Shown here in pieces: positions 59,590 through 64,000 of a DNA stretch of 64,000 bases. A program made the translations under genes and the position numbers. The stretch's first letter is position 1; every line of letters begins with the position of its first letter. Origin of the DNA: Eremomyces bilateralis CBS 781.70 (taxonomy: Eukaryota); the NCBI GenBank assembly GCA_010015585.1, contig ML975171.1; one strand, written 5' to 3'. The notes beneath the pieces are model-generated. The model was given only the letters and a program-made list of their open reading frames with translations. It was not told the DNA's origin and ran no database searches.

Positions 59590-62500
59590 TCTCACAATTG
59601 ATACCCCTACATTGGCGCCAAGCACACCAGTATGTCACTGTTTCCACTGATGAAGAGTCGGCACCCAATAATTTGTAGGAACGGCTGTTCAGTAAAATCG
59701 GGATGGGGTTAGTTCCTGGGAGAGAGACAGAAATATCTTCATCTATCATCTTCAAGACGTTCACTGGAGCTATTTTACACATGAAATTATATTCGCCGTG
59801 TTGGCGTGATTATGCCTATTATGGTGGTATATAACAGTAGCGATGTTAGATAGTACTTTTTCGCATCGAATGAATTCAAATCCTCTCGCATGATTCCCAC
59901 CGCCCTCTTAGTTCATGGTCGAGAGTTCGTTTCCGCCTGCAGGCCAGTGTAAGGCGCTACGTGAGGAGGTTCAAGCAATATGCTCTCAGCAAATGGAGGA
60001 AATATTTACATGGTACCTTTATACCGTCTCATCTATATATAATAAGGATTGCTCTACCTATATAAGTGTTAGTAAATCTCGGTTGCATCTCAGTTTCCAT
60101 AAGGGTCTTTTCTCAGTTCATATATTGTTTGATGTCCTCGTGTTGTCACATTACAACTGGTGTTATATCAACTGTGTACCGGGAGTGTTTAGCAAAAGCT
60201 CAAGGTCTCGATACATTTTATGTTCCATGTGAGCCACAGTAAGGGACATAGTAGCTAGTACATAGATAACCACGGCGATTAGCAAAGCCAGCGGCTGGTT
60301 TAACCGTATAGAAGTATGTCCCTGCCAGTGTATAACATCGAATCGCACACATGACACCCTATCTGGAGTTCTAATTTACATTTCTTCATATGTTCGTAGC
60401 GCTGATGATCAGTGCTAATGCCCGGTCAAATATTCATATATGTCTCCAATCCGAACCCAGGTACTAACAGTTAATGGTGCCAATTGAGACTGTTCCCGCT
60501 CTCGCAACATGAATGAAACCCAAGGTGGTATTACTACGTTTGGTGCATTGTGCATGAGGGGTATTGAATATTGATGGGGAAATACAGCGCCGAATGGTGC
60601 ATGATGGATGCAACGTCATTGTACATGTGTAGACACTACCTTCCAGCATCACCCGTACCGTTGCCACAAGGTGCAATCGTCGTGCTATCACCGATGATTT
60701 GTTAGAAAGCAGAGATCGGGACTCGGGAAGTGAGGATGTTAGCTCTGGTGTAGGGGTTTGAGTGCTGGAGGCGAAATGCCTTGAGGGCTGGCGCGAGAAT
60801 TGCCCTCGGAGAAATGACTGCGATAAATTGGTGTATACGATAGAGACAGGATGATTCTACTTCTGTGTTTGATCGTAAGTGTGCCATATTGTTTCGTACC
60901 ATGCACGCAGTCTTGTGTTGTCATCGATCCCGGCCCGGACGTCGTACCAAACTCAAGACTTGCATGAGCCAGTTCAAATGACCTCTTTTGACAGTCGGGT
61001 ATAACGGTACCCGAGTTTCCAATTTCCTTTAATTAGACCGGTTCACGGGTTCTGACATTTTCGCTGAAATCAGAAGCGCGCAAAGTCACCGAGCAGAGGA
61101 AGAAGAGTTAGGGAAGGGCTCGGGTTGATACCCAGCTTGTGACCCCCACGCCGCGGTGCGGGGGCCTGGCTCACGCCTCTCCGGATATTGATTATTGGGC
61201 TAGGACATCATCACAAACGAAATGAGCGACGTGCAGCTGATTTCGATGTAATCCCTGATACTGCGCTGATGATGTACAGGAGAGAGGCTTTAGCTTGGGG
61301 AGGGGGCTTGAAATCCGAATGTGAATGATTATCAGACCACTTGAGAAAACGACGTTTCAACTTCACGATGGACAACTGGAGCACCCTCATTCCTGGCATG
61401 CAACGGCCCGACACAGGTCCTCCTTACCGGTTCGTCCGATGTCACCACATCGGAATTCAGCTCCGGACACATGTACCTGATCTGGATCTTCACCGGGCGC
61501 CGATTCCGCACCGAGTCTGTAACCAGCGGATGAAACGAGACGAGACGAAAACATAACACGAACCGTGATGATTGGCATGGTTGATGTAATGCCGTGTGTC
61601 CTCCATGGCTGGAACCAGGCAAAATCGCGAACCCGTAGCCAAGCTGCTATCCTGGCATAGTGGCATGACATGCTGCAATTCGTGGATACCATCGGAGATG
61701 GGATTCGTTCGGATTTGCTACCTGAACGAATTGTAACTTACAAGTTACAAGCCTGGGACCGATTTCAGGCTTGCAGCGGCTAATTATGGTAGGTGTCGAG
61801 CAGAAATTGTGGTTCAGATACAGATATCGGACCGGCACCGGCCGTCCATCAGGGTCTTCTGAGTTCTAACTCTTCTCATCTCTAACTTAGGTCCGAAGTC
61901 CATAATTACCCAGGGATATGGACGGTGGAACCAAACTGGTGAGTGGAGTAAAGTACGGATATCAAAGTATGACTGGAACGGGAGCGGCTCAGTCACGACA
62001 TTCTAAAGAAAACCCAGAAACCTTCCTCAATTCCCCAGCTGAACTGAACTCCCTTATTCTCTTCGTCTTTTTCCCAGGTACCAACTTCGGATCTTCGTTT
62101 CTACTGCCCCTTCTCCATAGCTAATTGGACTGTCACCTGGACACATTTTGGGTCCCCTCGTATTTCCCGTCAGCTTCGATCCCTTGTCTCTCCAGCACGC
62201 AGCCGACTGCCCAGTCCTGCACGCTGCGAAACCCCTCATTGCTTTACTGTTCAAGGCTTTTTAGGGCGGCTTTCCATTGGTCCCCCCACGCTCTTCCCCG
62301 GATTGTTGCCATCCTGATCAAGTGTTTATTGTTCGATGTGGACGCCGTATCGATGCATTAAAGATTAACATCTGGGGCACCGCAATTCTTTCGCTGTTTC
62401 TGTCGCTGTCGCTCCCATACGGATCCTTCTCAAACCTGTCTTATAATTCCCCCGTCTCGTTTGATTCCTTGTGCTGAGCAAGTTTGACTAAATCGTCCTT

Positions 62501-62920
62501 CACTGCAACCCATCAGCCATTACACAAGCTTCTATCCCCCCCTTTGAGTCAAGTGGACATTTCTTCGTCGGGAATGAATTTCAAAACCAACCTATCCCAT
62601 TGGCCCGTTGGACAAGAACATATTAATCGCTGAGACGCGTGAAGCGCTTTGTATTCGCCGAACTGGGAGCCCGCTTTCCCCTCGTCTTTGATACATTGCT
62701 TTTTTATCGCCCTCGAGATCTCCATCGGCTGGCTGCGTCGCCACCTCATCGGATCAGGGATTGGACTCACCACCCGCTCCGAATCATCTAGCATAAGGCT
62801 AGCCGCATCTTTTCGTGGGGTATCAGTTCTTCTCCAAGCTGCAGAAACAGATCATCACCACACAGACAAGGTCAGAAAGGCTTTGTCGTCATATTTCGTA
62901 GACCGAACAGGGTAGCGAAA

Positions 62921-64000
62921 ATGGCACTTGATGCATCAATCACGCTGATGACGGCCTCTGTTCAGTTCCTGGTTCGTAACCCTGATTTGTTATTCTGCTT
63001 CTCTTGTCATCATGTCGATTCCGGAACCTCCTGCATATTGTTATTCGGATCCTCACCTCATTTTGCTTGGCCCCTGGAAGGCTCTGCATGCAACACATAA
63101 CTACATGCATGATGCTGCGTTGCCTATGCTCCATTGCCTATCTGAGCCCCCCATTCATGGCAAACTCTTCAACGAACACGGTCCACCTTTTATTTTGTCA
63201 TCTCCATCCTGCATCAATCTCACTCATTGTTTTTCACCCGTCATCGTCCTCGAGTTCCATGATCGTGGATAGAAAAGCTTACCAAGATGATCCTCAACCA
63301 GGATACCAGGCTTGCACTGGTCAACATCGCTCCGGAACTATATAGCAATTTCCTCCAGCCTATTCTCCAGCTACTCCTCTACAAGAGTGCCCCCACGCCA
63401 GGCGACGATGCAGGCCATGGAGCAGGAAGATCTCGCTCCGCGCTTTCCTGGGCGTATGAGTACCCGTTTGTTAACATCTCCGTAACGCCAATTGAGTGTT
63501 CGATCGTCTGCTCAAGGGAGCAGGCCAAGGCACTGTTCCACCCCGTCCGAGACGGGTTGCCCGAGTCGCAGAGGAACAAGGTGGAAATCACGGACGAGGA
63601 TTTCGTTGTTATCCAGGTTGGCGGAGAAGGGCTGGAGGCGGGCCAACGGGTGCTCGAACTGACAAGTCCCTTGGCCATGGCTGGAATGTACGTATAGGTC
63701 TGCTCCTGGAGCCAGGGTGCGATGCAGTGGTAAACGGGTTCGCTGACAACTATAGTTCCATCTTTTTCATCACCACGTACTTCTCCGACTACATCCTGGT
63801 TCCAATCCAGTCACGTCAACAAGTAGTCCAGGCGCTTGAAGACCGCGGCTTCACCTTCGAAAACGACTCGTCCTCATACACCCACCCATCCAACCCGAGC
63901 CATATGAGGAACCTCTCCTCGCCGACGTCTTCCAACCCTTCACCTGCCACATCAGTCAATCACCAAGCGCCTCCTGGCACTCCCCCGCCGACCTCCATTA
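62921..64000 (+). CDS. ACT-domain (CASTOR/ACT_7-like) protein, 3' partial
   Basis: MALDASITLMTASVQFL | intron 62972-63301 | DTRLALVNI..FVNISVTPIECSIVC..GQRVLELTSPLAMAGI|SIFFITTYFSDYILVP. Confidence 0.85.

Noticed and set aside
59648..59700. CTGATGA as a hammerhead ribozyme core next to the MITE
   Set aside because: No correctly placed GAAA and no convincing stems I and III.

Overview
Gene-dense, intron-containing DNA from a filamentous ascomycete (Pezizomycotina-type GT..CTAAC..AG introns). The first ~9 kb is an accessory immune locus. It holds two divergently transcribed (head-to-head) HET-NB-ARC-TPR NLR genes whose 126-bp TPR units are nearly identical between the paralogs. An intact 1,862-bp Fot1/pogo transposon (41-bp TIRs, TA target duplication) sits between them, and three copies of an unexplained ~110-bp repeat lie in and around the pair. 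The rest is mostly housekeeping genes: Hpm1-like methyltransferase, scytalone dehydratase, PPE1, UTP23, DUF726 protein, HIS5, kinesin-1, RAD6/UBC2, CK2 alpha, Rpp30, GH16 glucanase, ILV5, UBC12, CDF zinc transporter, GPI8, YME1, GPI18 and an ACT-domain protein. There is also an orphan Ser/Thr kinase, several hypothetical proteins and a 455-bp Mutator-type MITE with a 9-bp TSD. Best leads: (1) the inverted NLR pair as a possible repeat-swapping or inversion cassette, (2) the triplicated 110-bp element, and (3) a 145-aa in-frame signal-anchor extension on CK2 alpha. All gene calls come from motif recognition by eye and no searches were run; internal exon boundaries are approximate.
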